This document shows, piece after piece, positions 22,777 through 34,156 of a stretch of 64,000 nucleotides of DNA. A program made the translations under genes and the position numbers. How positions within the stretch are numbered: the first letter of the stretch is position 1; each line of letters starts with the position of its first letter. The notes under the pieces were generated by a model. The model was not told the origin of the DNA, ran no database searches, and saw only the letters and a list, made by a program, of their open reading frames with translations. The DNA comes from Podarcis liolepis (lineage: Eukaryota): NCBI GenBank assembly GCA_965112155.1, contig OZ218104.1. One strand, given 5' to 3'.

Positions 22777-25700
22777 TTAAGTTTTCTTCTTCAGTTCCTC
22801 AAACCTTCGAGAGAGGTCATCGAAGTCAATGTCTTCTGAGGCGGAAGTGTTGGCACCAGCAGAAGCGGCAGGCAGCGTGTCTGGCACAGATGGCAACTCT
22901 GGCAGCACAAAATTATCGCCCGAAGTAGGAACTGCAGCTGGTGGCCTCCCCCTCGGCTGTGGCTTTGGGGCTGGTCCTGCAGCAGACAAGAGTGACTGGT
23001 TACAAGCAGTGGGCAGGCTCAAGGCAGCGAAAACAGTAGTCTACCTAACAGTAGTAGGGGCAGGGGTAGGACCATTCTTCTTTTTGCTGTACTACAGTTA
23101 GTATATGTCCTGAAGAAGTGAGCACTTGCTGCACTTCAGTTGAGCCTTGCAGCTCCTGCCAGTTGCTAAAGGGGCCCAAGCTCTCTGCCATGAAGAGTCC
23201 CAGTCTCTGCCCCAACACAGACACACATGGGCACATGCTTAGCAACTCAAGAGCAAACACAAGAGTGAAGGGGACCAACAATAAACACAAGCACCAGCTT
23301 TCCCCTGACATCAGCACCTCCCTCCCTCCTCACTGCCTTGCCAGCTCCACAGCCTCCCCCTCCAGCTCTGCACTCACCGGTCACCTGTGGGGATGGCAAT
23401 TCCTTGTCAGCACCCATGTCATCAATCTGAAACAGAAAAAAACTGGCTTTGCATGGAGCACCCCACACAGAACCACCACCTGACAACTCCCTAGAGGCCT
23501 ACATGCACAGCAGAAGCACCATATCTGGTGTTCCCATCTTCTTCATGCAGCCTGACCAGACAGCAGAAGGAAGGAGGAAATGAGGAATCTGGAGGAGGAA
23601 GCAGTGGTGGTGAGCCTGGCCTGGTGGTGCCATAGGTGAGGGAGAGCTGCTCAGCATGGCTGACTTCCTGACTAGCAAGCGGCCCTGACTATGTCCCCCA
23701 AGGACGGCCTGACGGTGCAGTAGCTCTTCACCATCGCTGGCGGTCTCACCTTCAACCTGACATGAAGCACCACCACCAGCAACCACAGAAGTTTGGAGAG
23801 CAGTAGCTGAACAAGCGAAAGGCCTGAAGGTGGACACATCCCCATTTCCACACTCCCTAGCTGCTCAGCCCACCCCCACATCTCATCCTCTACCCCTGCT
23901 GGCCAATGTCCTCCGCTCATGCTTTCCATGGGCAGCAGCCTGGTCTCTGAGACCAAGGTGACCTCTGAGTCACTGCCTGCAAGCTCATCCAGGCTGCTGA
24001 GATCATGCTGAAGCTCCCTTGGTATCTTTATCACAGCCCCTCCCTCCTGCCTGGTAGACTCAAGTAGCTGCCCTGCTCGATCCCCTCAGCGGCTGCCTCC
24101 TCCACCACCACAATGTCAACCAAGGTGCGGCTGAAGAAGCTGGAGCAGTTCCTGGTGGACAGGCTACAGGGCCACTGCTGGACCTCCTGGTCGTCCTCTA
24201 AACCAAGTGCAGTTGCCACTCGCTGCTCCAGAGGGACAGGCTTGTCTTGGACTTCCTCAAGTGGGAATGGGACTCCTGATTATTGAAAGTGACCTGGGCA
24301 AGTTTCTCCTCAACAATGCCTAGGCAGTCAACATCCACCTTACCACTGGCGGTAGGCCTAAGAGCCCCATCATCTCCACCATGGCCCACTACTCGAGGAC
24401 CCCAGCCAGTGCAACATCTGGCATTATGTGCATTTATGTGTATTATAATGAACTGAACAGAGTGAAAGATTATGAGTCATGGGGGTACAGAGACTGTGTG
24501 AATGAACTTAGTGCTTAGCTTATATTTTTAATTGCTATTTTGTTAATGTTTTTAATATTGTTTTATAGATTCTAAATGCCGAATTGATTTGTTAATCGCA
24601 TGACTTGCTGTAATTGTGAGGTTTAGCTTATTTTTAGTTGCTGTTTTGTTAAGTTTTTTTATAGACTGCCACTGTTTTATTGATGTTTTATTGATAATTT
24701 GTTAATTATTTTATATGATGTATTTGTGACATGCTAGTATGTTTTATTATGTTATGGCTATTTATTGTTTGTAAGCTGCTTTGAGATGAAAAGCAACATA
24801 GAATGAATGAATGAAAAGCAACATAGAAATGCAATAAATCAAAATCATATCAAACGTGCATGAAGTTTGCTGCAAGCCCAAATCCAGTGGATGGCAACTC
24901 CTCAGTCAGTCCAAGTGGGAAGGCCTGCCAATACCCAGCACTAGACTAGGGACAGCAACAGTCCCAGCAGAGAGGACTTGCCCTCCCAGCAATTCAGCTT
25001 TTGTTTTTCATCAGCAGTACTTACAGACTCGTATGTTGGAGGTGTTGCTGGAATCTGAGGTGGGTGAAGGCTGGTGAAAGGCTGGTAGGTGCCCACCGGT
25101 AGCCCGTTGAAGTGCTCCTAAAGGGAGAAATTGTTAAGTCAGACCAGCACCCCTTCCTAATGGCAGAATCAGATAGGCAATACCTGCCAGAACAGCTGGA
25201 AAACCTTGTTCACACAGCAGGTAGTGAGGTGTGCTCAGATGCTAACTCACCACAGTAGACTGCTATCCTTTCCTCCCCCCCCCCACTACCACCCCCAATC
25301 CCAACTTTACAGACTCCCCTCCTGTTACAAGCAAGACATAGGACTTACTGGTCCCTTTGGAGGTGGGTATGCAAAAGGGGGAGCTGGAGACGGCATGGGC
25401 ATGGGCATTGGCATTGGCACAACTCCATCAGGACCAGCCATTGGGGTCATGAAGCCGCCGCCACCGCCACCACCTCCACGGCCACCTTTCTTTGTATCAT
25501 CCACGAATCCCACATCAATCAGGTCAGCTTCCACGCCTGCGGGAGCCTCAGCCTGGGAAGAGGAAGAAGCTGATGTCACATGTGGGAAAGGGAGCTGCTA
25601 CTGAGGGAATTGAGAGTGGAACCGCCTCCCAGTCACTCACCATGACAACAGAGTCTGGCTCATAGGGCACGTTGTAGTTCTTTGCGATCTCAATCAGGTA

Positions 25701-27587
25701 CCTCTCCACTAGGATTTTGGGAGGTGCCTCTACGCTCAACTTGTGCATCAGCTGGAAGGGAGGGAGGGAAGAGTGAGCCCTTCACTGAGCTGGGCAGGTC
25801 AAGAACACTTACCTAGCTAAGAGATATCCAAGCCAGAAAAAAGATAAATTTCTACCACAGGCAGGACCACCTGCTGCAAACAACTCATCTTTATGAAGCA
25901 CTGATATTGTTCCCTCCCATAAGAACAGCCTGCTGGATCCGCCTGTCTAGCCCAGCATCCTGTCCTCACAGTGGCCAAACAGATGCCCCAACAAGAAGCC
26001 CCTGAGTGGAGCAGCAGCAGCGCTCTCCTTCACCTGCGATTCCCAGCAACTGACTTCAGGAGCAGATCACTTCTGACAGCAGAGGAAGACGTAGCCATTG
26101 TGGTTAGTAGCTCCTGAGAGCCTTACCGCTATCTCACCCCCATGATGCCCTTCCCATTCCACTCACCCTGTCATTGACGGTCCCAATCTGGTTGCTCCGG
26201 CACAACTTGCCATACTCTTTGCTGTACTTGGCACAGAGCTGGTCAGCAACCTAGTATGGAAATGGCACACTCAAAACAGAGTCCAGGCACCACTGACTCC
26301 CCTCTATTTAAGACAGGGCACAGCAACTATCGCAGCACCCCTGGACAAAAGGTTCAGGAGTTTGGAGACTGGAGCCAACCTAAACTCCCAGATCAAACAA
26401 GAAAGTCACCAAGTTCTCTGAGCATCCTGTGAGGATAGATCAAAGTCTTTTCCCAACTGCTGCCCCCAGGTGTCCAGGAAGGCTGAGCAGCCTGCCAAGA
26501 CACAACTGGCACTACTCACCATTTTCAGCTCAGCCACCTCCGCTTGCAGTCGGGGGGCAGCCCAGATGAGGGTGGAGACAGCTTCTGCCAGGCCGGAGTC
26601 CAGCTCCCTGAAGGGACACAAAGTAAGGCAAGAGTGAACAAGTAGTTGAAAGACAAGGAGGACAAATAGGTCCCAGACCTAGCAGACTGAGGGGAGGGGA
26701 CATGTGGCAGGCACCCAGCACCCTCTTCCCCATAGGCCAAGACCTTACTTCATAGATTGTATGAGGCCAAAGCGTGCCAGAAGCAAGTCACAGTAGAGCT
26801 CCAGGATCTCCATGGCCTCCACCAAGTAGTCCTCCCGGATGATGTGCTCCACACGGATGCGAGCCCGCTCATCTTTGCCAGCAGACAGGTAGTCAGCAAT
26901 TTCCTTCCGTGCCTTCTGGGCTAGCTCAGCTGCAAGAAAAGGGTTCATCATGGGGCAGCAGGGGAGGCCCACAAGCCTGCCCTGGCCCCGCCTGGGGTGT
27001 TTGTGTATGCAAAGAGAGGGGCTCCACCAAGAAGGACTGTGGGTTGTCTCCAACTAAGTTACCGTATCTTTCGCCCTATAGGACGCACTTTTCCCGTATA
27101 CTCAGAATAGACATGTTGAAATTAAGTAACCATGTCCATTCAATGAGTATAGTGGGGCTAGAAGATAGTTAAAAAGACTCTTCTTAAAAACCTAAAAACT
27201 CCCTTTAAAAAATCAAGTCTTCAAAAAAGTTATATGATCTAAGAAAGTCTTTTAAAGAACCCTTCCAAAAGAATTTAAAAATTATAATGTAGCACCCTAG
27301 AGACCAACTGAGTAGTATAAGCTTCCGTGTGCATGCACACTTCTTCAGATACACTGAAACAACATGTGCAGGCTATAAATTAAGCATCTCTTAATTTATA
27401 GCCTGCACATGGTGTTGTGGGACACCACGACTACCAGAAACCTCCTGAATCACTGCTCTGGTGATGAGGTCAAGGAATTAGGTAGGAAAGTCCACTCACT
27501 TTTCTTTTTCTCCAACAGTTTGAGGCGATTGATGACAAGACGTAGGTTGACTCGCAAGCGCTCGGCCTTGAATCCAGAGCCTAACAT
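22777..27587 (-). CDS. IST1: IST1, ESCRT-III-associated factor
   Basis: Coding exons (minus strand): 27500-27587 (MLGSGFKAERLRVNLRL), 26749-26929, 26520-26607, 26167-26250, 25641-25751, 25349-25552 (PMPMPMP), 25025-25117, 23378-23426, 22777-22976 (MIM: DIDFDDLSRRFEELKKKT*). Non-coding exon 1 donor near 29304; AATAAA (minus) at 21923-21928. Confidence 0.96.
23656..23755 (+). pseudogene. Decayed captured fragment of the IMPDH1/IMPDH2-like start-codon exon
   Basis: With two frameshifts it reads MADFLTS-SGPDYVP-KDGLTVQ*LFTIAGGLTFN, against IMPDH1 [33 protein letters not shown]. It stops at TTC AA, the phase-2 exon end I recall for IMPDH genes. Confidence 0.82.
23896..24022 (+). pseudogene. Decayed captured fragment of cyclin L (CCNL2/CCNL1-like) exon 1
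   Basis: Reads LLANVLR-MLSMGSSLVSETK-DL*VTACKLIQAAEIMLKLP, against CCNL2 [44 protein letters not shown]. The stop (TGA) is a CGA CpG-decay product. It ends at the LP(Q) exon-1 boundary. Confidence 0.8.
24113..24265 (+). pseudogene. Decayed captured fragment of CDC42BPB (MRCK-beta)-like exon 1
   Basis: Reads MSTKVRLKKLEQFLVD...LLDLLVVL*TKCSCHSLLQRDRLVLDFLKW+G, against MSAKVRLKKLEQLLLD...[29 protein letters not shown]. It ends at TGG G, the phase-1 exon-1 end. Confidence 0.88.
24500..24840 (+). mobile_element. L2/CR1-type LINE 3' tail terminating the chimeric insert
   Basis: T-rich UTR, then TTGTAAGCTGCTTTGAGATGAAAAGCAAC stem-loop (24775-24782 with 24790-24797), (GAAT)n, and a tandem re-copy of ATGAAAAGCAACATAGAA (24786-24803, 24811-24828). 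Confidence 0.6.
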
Positions 27588-27914
27588 GGTGTAGAATTCC
27601 TGCCAAGAATACAAGAGAGAAAAAGCCTACTGTCATGTGTGTTAAAGGCAGACAGCTAGCAGTTTCCTGTGTAGATATATTCTACTTGTAATATTTATAT
27701 ATTGCTTTGCACATTCAGAGCCATTCCAGAGTTATTTAGAATAAAATACAAAATACATTTAAAATTCAAAAAAGTGATACAAATATAAAACACCAAAAGT
27801 GCTCAAAAATTAATCTAAACACAATATTCCCTGCTCTACACAAGCAGGACACCAGTATTCTCAAAAATCTCAATCATCAGCGCTGTCCAAATGCTGAGAA
27901 TAACTTTTTTGCAT

Positions 27915-28115
27915 GGTTCTAGATTCAGGTAGGTAGCTGTGTTGGTCTAACACAGTCAAAATAAAATAAAATAAATGTCCAGGAGCACCTTAGAGACCAG
28001 CTAAGTTTGTTCTGGGTATAAGGTTTCGTAGGTATCTGAAGAAGTGTGCATGTGCACGAAAGCTTATACCCAGAACAAACTTAGGTAGCCTCTAAGGTGC
28101 TACTGGACATTTTTT
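27915..28115. mobile_element. Penelope-like element terminal fragment in inverted (hairpin) arrangement; a related piece lies at 27290-27365
   Basis: ATGTCCAGGAGCACCTTAGAGACCAGCTAAGTTTGTTCTGGGTATAAG ... CTTATACCCAGAACAAACTTAGGTAGCCTCTAAGGTGCTACTGGACAT is an inverted repeat of about 55 bp. The family assignment is from memory. Confidence 0.6.
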
Positions 28116-28474
28116 AAATTAATCAATTTATTTTTTGCATGGTGCTGGAGCATTTCACAATTGGAGCGGGGGGGGGGGATCTGTTCTCTTGTTGCTACCT
28201 GCTGAACATCTTTTGGAGAGGCAGACAGTGAATTGTCTCAGATCTCAGGATCTGGATTGGTTTGAATGTGGAAAGGTTGCGAGCTGTAATGTTTTATCTC
28301 CGCTGCAAATATATAATAAAGCAAACAAGCAAATATAAGTAATTTTAATGCGCATTTTCGTATACAGCAAAAATAAATGTTTGAATAGACTATAAATGCC
28401 AGCCATTTTTAAACAGAGCCCATACACTCAAGTGTGTGTAATAGTACAGTATGCCAAAACCTATTTAAGAAATG

Positions 28475-28506
<32 letters not shown>
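28475..28506. repeat. (TG)n microsatellite
   Basis: About 15 TG units seen directly. Confidence 0.9.
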
Positions 28507-28509
<3 letters not shown>

Positions 28510-28799
28510 TCTGTATGTATGTGTAGAGCACTTTCATCTGTGCAAGCAACAGATTTCTGGTTTCCCCCCCTTTTGTACATGATTTGATCAGCCAGGCCCA
28601 ACCATATACAGCACAAGGGGCAGCTCACAACCTTGGATCTCTTTAACCAGTTTCAATCCCTGGAGGACAAACCTGCCCCGCTTTTCAGCACTGGAAGCGG
28701 TAGAGAGCTCAGCTCCCACCTATGTGGGAGCTGGTGGAGGATTTGCTCCAAGAGGGTGGGGGAGTTTGCAGGTAGTTGAACTACAGAGGCACGAAGGCA

Positions 28800-30500
28800 A
28801 TTCTCAACTCTTCTTCCGGCAACGGCTTCGCTTTCGGCTAGACACAGGCAGCTGCCCGCTCCGGGTTCAGAGACCCCAAAAGCGAAACACGAGCGCCGCC
28901 CGACCCGTGGCCCAGACAGCCAGTTTCGATGTGCTACAGGCCCCAAGGAGGAGCCATTCCCGGCCAGCGGCAGGAGCAAGAGCCGGAAGGGAAGGCGAGC
29001 GGTCAGGCTGGGCAGAGGCCAAGCCCGCCAGCCGCGGACCAGGAAGCGCCTCTTCTTCGCCCGCGCCTCCCGCCACCGGCTGGCCGAAGGCAGCTTCAGG
29101 CGGCGGTCCCTCCGGGCCTCTCTCGCCTTTCCCGGGGCCCTTCCCTGCCTCGCCCCGTTCCTCGGGCGAAAGGCGACCGGGAAGGCGGGGGAGGCTTGTG
29201 AGGGCGGCGGGAACCAGGACCTCGAGTCGTCCAAGGAGGGCAACGGCCCCGCTCCCCGGAAAACGCAGAGCCGAGCGAAGGCGGTCAGCCGGGACGGCCT
29301 TACCCGGGGGCGGGGGGGGGGGAGTCTTTTTGTCTCCGTCTGTCCCGGCAGGCAGCGAAGGTGGCGTCGGCGGCGTCACGGGTCCGGCCTCAGCTGGGCA
29401 GGCGGAGGGATACGTCTCTTCTCTGCTTTTCAGGAGAAGGAGGTGCGCGACAGCGACAGTAGCAAAAGCAATAGTCGTAGTTCCTAGCAGCGTCCGGTCC
29501 TCCGTCTGCGACGCGGCTTCTCCAAGATACAGTGCAGCGACGCACGGGGCGCTTTGTGTTGGTACGGAACTACTTTACGGGCGGAGGGATCTCTCCCCGG
29601 AGAAAGAGGGACCTCAATAAAAGTCGTACTTCCTAAAGCGAGCGTTACCTTCATTGAGGTCCCTCCATAGCCCTCAACCGCGGCTGGAGAGTTCCGGCCT
29701 CGTCGGGTACGACGTCGGAGAAGGAGGAGGAAGAGGCGGCGGCCCCGCCCACTGCCCCCCTCCCTCCGAGCTGCTTCCCACCCACGGGGGCGTCGCGCGG
29801 CAGACTGGAGCCCTCCCGCTGTAGGGGCGCTCGCGTGAAAGGCCGGGCACCTTGCAGGGCATGGCGGGGGCGTCAATCGGGTCCCCCTGCTCGTGGCTTG
29901 AAAAGAGGCGGGGACGGCGGCAGCCCCGCCACTAGCACCGCGGCGCTGCCGCTGCGACAAGAGGAGAAGCGGCCCCGTGGAAAGAGGCGACTCGGGGCAA
30001 GGGAGGCGGGTTGCAGCAGCAGCAGTTGCTCCTGCTCCTCCTACTCCTCGGTAGCTGGGCCCCTGGAGAGCGCCGAAGGACACAACTCTGGCCCTGCTGG
30101 CTGGTCTGGGTGTGTGAAGCCCCCGGAGGCGCCGGCCTGATGGCTGCGGGACCCCCTCCCGGCTGATCGCCTGCGCCGGCCTCGGGATCGGCGCCCCTGC
30201 TGCCAGGCAGGAGGCGCGCTCCGCTCGGAGGGGAGGGCTCCAGCGCAGCGCGCCCCCGTCCGCCTGTCTGTCCGTCGGTCCCGCCGTGCACGAGCCGGGC
30301 GCTCCCGCCGTGCCGCCATCTTCCTCTGTCTGTCTGTCTGCCAGCCCGGGCGGCCCTTTGTCCTCCTGCAGCGCTGCTGGGCGAGTCCAGGCCGGGCGAC
30401 GGAGTCAGGTAAGGGCCAAGGATTTGCTCCAGCGCGGGGTGGGGGCTGATCTCTAAACGCCCCCCGCTCGCCTACCCTGGTCATCCCCCGCATGGTGACA
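28800..30500. promoter_or_regulatory. CpG island / divergent promoter region of IST1 and ZNF821
   Basis: Very high GC and CpG density. IST1 exon-1 donor (minus) near 29304; ZNF821 non-coding exon donor CAG|GTAAGG at 30408; YY1-type GCCGCCATCTT at 30312. Confidence 0.8.
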
Positions 30501-30546
30501 GGGCTCTTCTTTCCGCAGGTGCGCCCCCCCTGGGGGGGGGAAAACC

Positions 30547-33500
30547 ATGTCCCGTCGGAAACAGACCACCCCCAATAAAGTCCACTGTGAGTAATAAGGG
30601 GAGGGGGGCTGTTGTCACTTCCACCTTCACCCCCTTCCCCCGCTCAAGCGAGGCATCCTCATCCACAAAATGATGGGGGGGACAGCCCTCCCCTCCACTA
30701 TTTGCTGCATTCTTCTCCCATAGCCCTGGTGGGGACTCCCTGCCCAGCATCGAGGATTTGTTGGCTGAGCTGAGACATGTCCACGTAACACCTCTTGGAG
30801 CCTAAGGGCTCCTTAGGTACTCTGGGGGCTCAGAACCCCTCTCCGCCATTCTAGTGGCATTCTGTCTCTCATTGGGCCACCTTACCCACTGATGTTTCTT
30901 CTGCAAATGAACAGCTTTTCAGCACTAGTTGGGAATGGCTGGCTAGTCTCCCTTGCACAATGAGGAACAGGGGACTTCCAGGCACCATGATAGCTTTAGG
31001 ATCAGAATGGAAATAGCAAAGGCCCAGGAAAGAGTCTGGCAATTTCAGGCAAGCAATGCCCACTTTGCACAACTTAAGAGAAAACATATCAAGGAGGAAC
31101 TAAAGCAGATAACTAAACCTGGACTACAAAATCCACAGAAGAAGTCTCCCACCACAAATTTGGCTTGCAAAAGTAGATAAGTAGGTTTGCTATTGCCTAT
31201 AGTAAAGCATCTTTTACACACATGTAACAGCTTTGCCCCTGGAGGAGAACCTGTATGGCAGGACAAGCTCTTCCAAAATATGGGCCCTGGGGGTGGGAGA
31301 GCACATGCAAATTCTAGGGCGGAGCCAGGGCAGGCAAGAGCCCTCCCTGTGTGCTTAATGCTGCTGAAGACATTTGTATTTCCAGGTCATGTTGGAAAGG
31401 ATGCGAAGGGACGGATTGGTCAGGCCACCGTTGCTTTGCAGGAAGGGTTTGGGGAAAGCTGTTTTGGGGAATGGAGCCCAGGCATTAGTCCCATTCTGGG
31501 CCATCTTCAGGTAGGGGAGACCATCACTGGGCATCTGAGGAGGGGGCAAGGAATGACTGGGCTTGGGAAGGGCAATGGGCTAATGCGGCTTCTTCCTCCC
31601 CCATTGTACTTCCAGGGGAGCAAGTCTTTGCTGGGTTAGAAGAGCACACACGTCAGGCCATGATGCGAAGAGACTTCCCTGGGCTGCTTGGAGCCCAGTC
31701 ACCACTCATGCAGCAGCTGCCACCTCCACCACAAGAAAAGGACTCCAACAGCAGCAGTAGCAGCAGCAGCAACAGTGAGTTTCCCCATCTTGTACACAAG
31801 GGCAGCTCTGGGACACCTGGGAGAGACCAAACACCTGCATGCTGCTTTGGAATCCTGTCAGCTGGTCTGTGGCAGAGGCCTAAAGCTGTTCTGTATTCCA
31901 GGTGATAGCGAGGGGGATGAGACAACACAAGATGAGGTCTCCTCCCATGCTTCTGAGGAGGACGGAGCATCAGCGACAGTGAAAAAGGAACTGGAACTTA
32001 CTGAGCAGCTGGGCTGCAGCAAGCAGGTCGCTCGAGGCCATGAGGCAAGTGCATCACATTGGCCGTAGGCAACACATACTAAAGCAAAAGTGCAACACTG
32101 CTGTGGTTACTCGGTGGAAGGGAGAATAGCAATAGCAGACTCTTGAATGGCTCTAGCATGGAGAAAGAGGACTGTATAGCCCACTCTGGGATTCCTGGGC
32201 CTGGTCCATTGATGTGTCCAAGTGATCACTACAGCAGGCTCAAGTGATTGGGTCTGGACTTTTTGGCATTAGAGTTCCCTAATAGTAATGGGGGCAAGGG
32301 GAGTGATAGAGCTGTTGTCATCTCATTCTGGGCTTCCCAGAAGAGGCATTTGGTTGGCTGCTCTTTGTTAGAAAGACAATACACAACTAGGTAGACCCTC
32401 AATCTGATTGCGCAGGGCTAATCTTACATTGTAGAGAATCCGTCAACATGGTCTTAAAGGGTCTGGTGCAGCATTAGTTGGGGGGGGGAGGGGTATGTGT
32501 ATGCATGTGGCAGAATACCAGGTATGGGTCTTGTCCTCTGCTCTTTCCTTAGCCTGCTTTTCCTTGCTTGCAGATGGGTTTAAATGCCAGCCCAGATACC
32601 CTGATGGGACTCTCCCGTTGTCCCCTCTGCCAGCTAGAGTGTGGAAGCAGGGAGCAGCTTGTCACTCACGTCTATCAGGTACTTAGAGGGGGCTTTGATG
32701 AGACCATCACGCAAGGCTAAACCATCCCTGCCCTGGCTCCCCCTTTCCTTCCAGGCTGAAATTAGTAATCCTGGACTGGGAAAGGGTGGGGATGGGGGCA
32801 GGGGCTGTTGGCATTGGATGCAATTTGAATCATCCCCCCTGGTGGGTTTGCACCACATCCCAGGGAAGGCCTTGCGGGTCTCTCTCCTTCTTTCCCTAAC
32901 AGAAGAGGGAGCTCTTCCGTGGCTTGGCCTTGGCTGCCAGCCCTCATAGGGACAGCTGAGAGGGGGACAGGGCGGCGGAGCCCTTGCCTCACAGCCCGGC
33001 CTCGTTTGCAGCATACGGCAGCTGTGGTCAGTGCCAAGAGCTACCTGTGTCCCGTCTGTGGCCGAGCACTCAGCTCCCCGGGCTCCTTGGGCAGGCACCT
33101 CCTCATCCACTCCGAGGACCAACTGTCCAACTGTGCGGTGTGTGGGGCTCGCTTCACCAGCCATGCTACTTTCAACAGGTGAGAAGTGGGCATCTCTGAC
33201 GGTGGGACTGGGACAACGTGGCCCAGGCCGCATTTTGGAAGTCCTGGAGGGGCCCTGTTCAATGGAAGCAATGGAGGTTATACCTGGCAATTTCTGGAGG
33301 CAGCTGGAATAGGTGACCCCAGCCAGAAGCATTCTGCAGGCCAGCATTCATGTGGGTGGGGTGGCTTGTAAGCATGGCCAGAGGGAGGGGGAGGGTTACA
33401 GCTAAGGCAGTAGCTTGCAAGCCTACACAATGGCTTCTTAAGATCTGTGCCGACCACCCGTCATTTCTACTCTTTGACTTTCACAGTGAGAAGGTGTCAG

Positions 33501-34156
33501 AGGTGCTGTGTGGAGATGCCCTGCCCATTCCCCTCCCTGAGGCTTCTTCTGGTGCTGAGGAAAAAGCAGATGGTGGTGGTGCTGCTGCTGTCAGCCCCAC
33601 AGTGTATCCTGCTGGCATCCTCCTGGTGTGCAACAGCTGCGTGGCCTACCGCAAGCTTCTGGAAGCTCAAGCTCCAGGGGTTCGCAAGTGGGCCTTGCGA
33701 AGGCAGAACGAGCCCCTGGAGGTGCGGCTGCAGCGCCTGGAGCGAGAGCGCACAGCTAAGAAGAGCCGTCGAGACAACGAGACGCCGGAGGAGCGGGAGG
33801 TGAGGCGCATGAGGGATCGAGAGGCCAAGCGGCTGCAGCGCATGCAGGAGACGGACGAGCAGCGTGCGCGCCGCCTGCAGCGGGACCGTGAAGCGATGCG
33901 CCTCAAGCGGGCCAACGAGACCCCTGAGAAGCGGCAGGCTCGGCTCATCCGGGAGCGTGAAGCCAAGAGGCTAAAGCGGCGGCTGGAGAAAATGGACATG
34001 ATGCTGCGGGCACAGTTTGGCCAGGACCCCTCGGCCATGGCTGCATTGGCAGCCGAGATGAACTTCTTCCCACTGCCAGTGGGTGGGCTAGAGCTTGAGG
34101 GGCAGCTGCTTGGTAAAATGGCCTTTGAGGAGCCGAGTCCCAGTGCCTTGCACTGA
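30547..34156 (+). CDS. ZNF821: Zinc finger protein 821 (C2H2 fingers + STPR repeats)
   Basis: Exons 30547-30586 (MSRRKQTTPNKVH), 31616-31774, 31902-32044 (GC donor; alternative end 32026), 32574-32678, 33012-33178 (CPVC...HLLIH), 33487-34156 (ETPEEREVRRMRDREAKRLQRMQE repeats). AATAAA at 34294-34299. Confidence 0.95.

Noticed and set aside
23672-24389. Minus-strand ORFs as alternative IST1 exons
   Set aside because: They are antisense readings of the captured IMPDH/CCNL/CDC42BPB fragments on the + strand and lack convincing splice sites.
28653-30493. Several long ORFs (up to 298 aa) on both strands
   Set aside because: They lie in the GC-rich CpG island where stops are rare. They are low-complexity Arg/Gly/Pro/Ala sequence with no recognisable domain, and most start at non-ATG codons.
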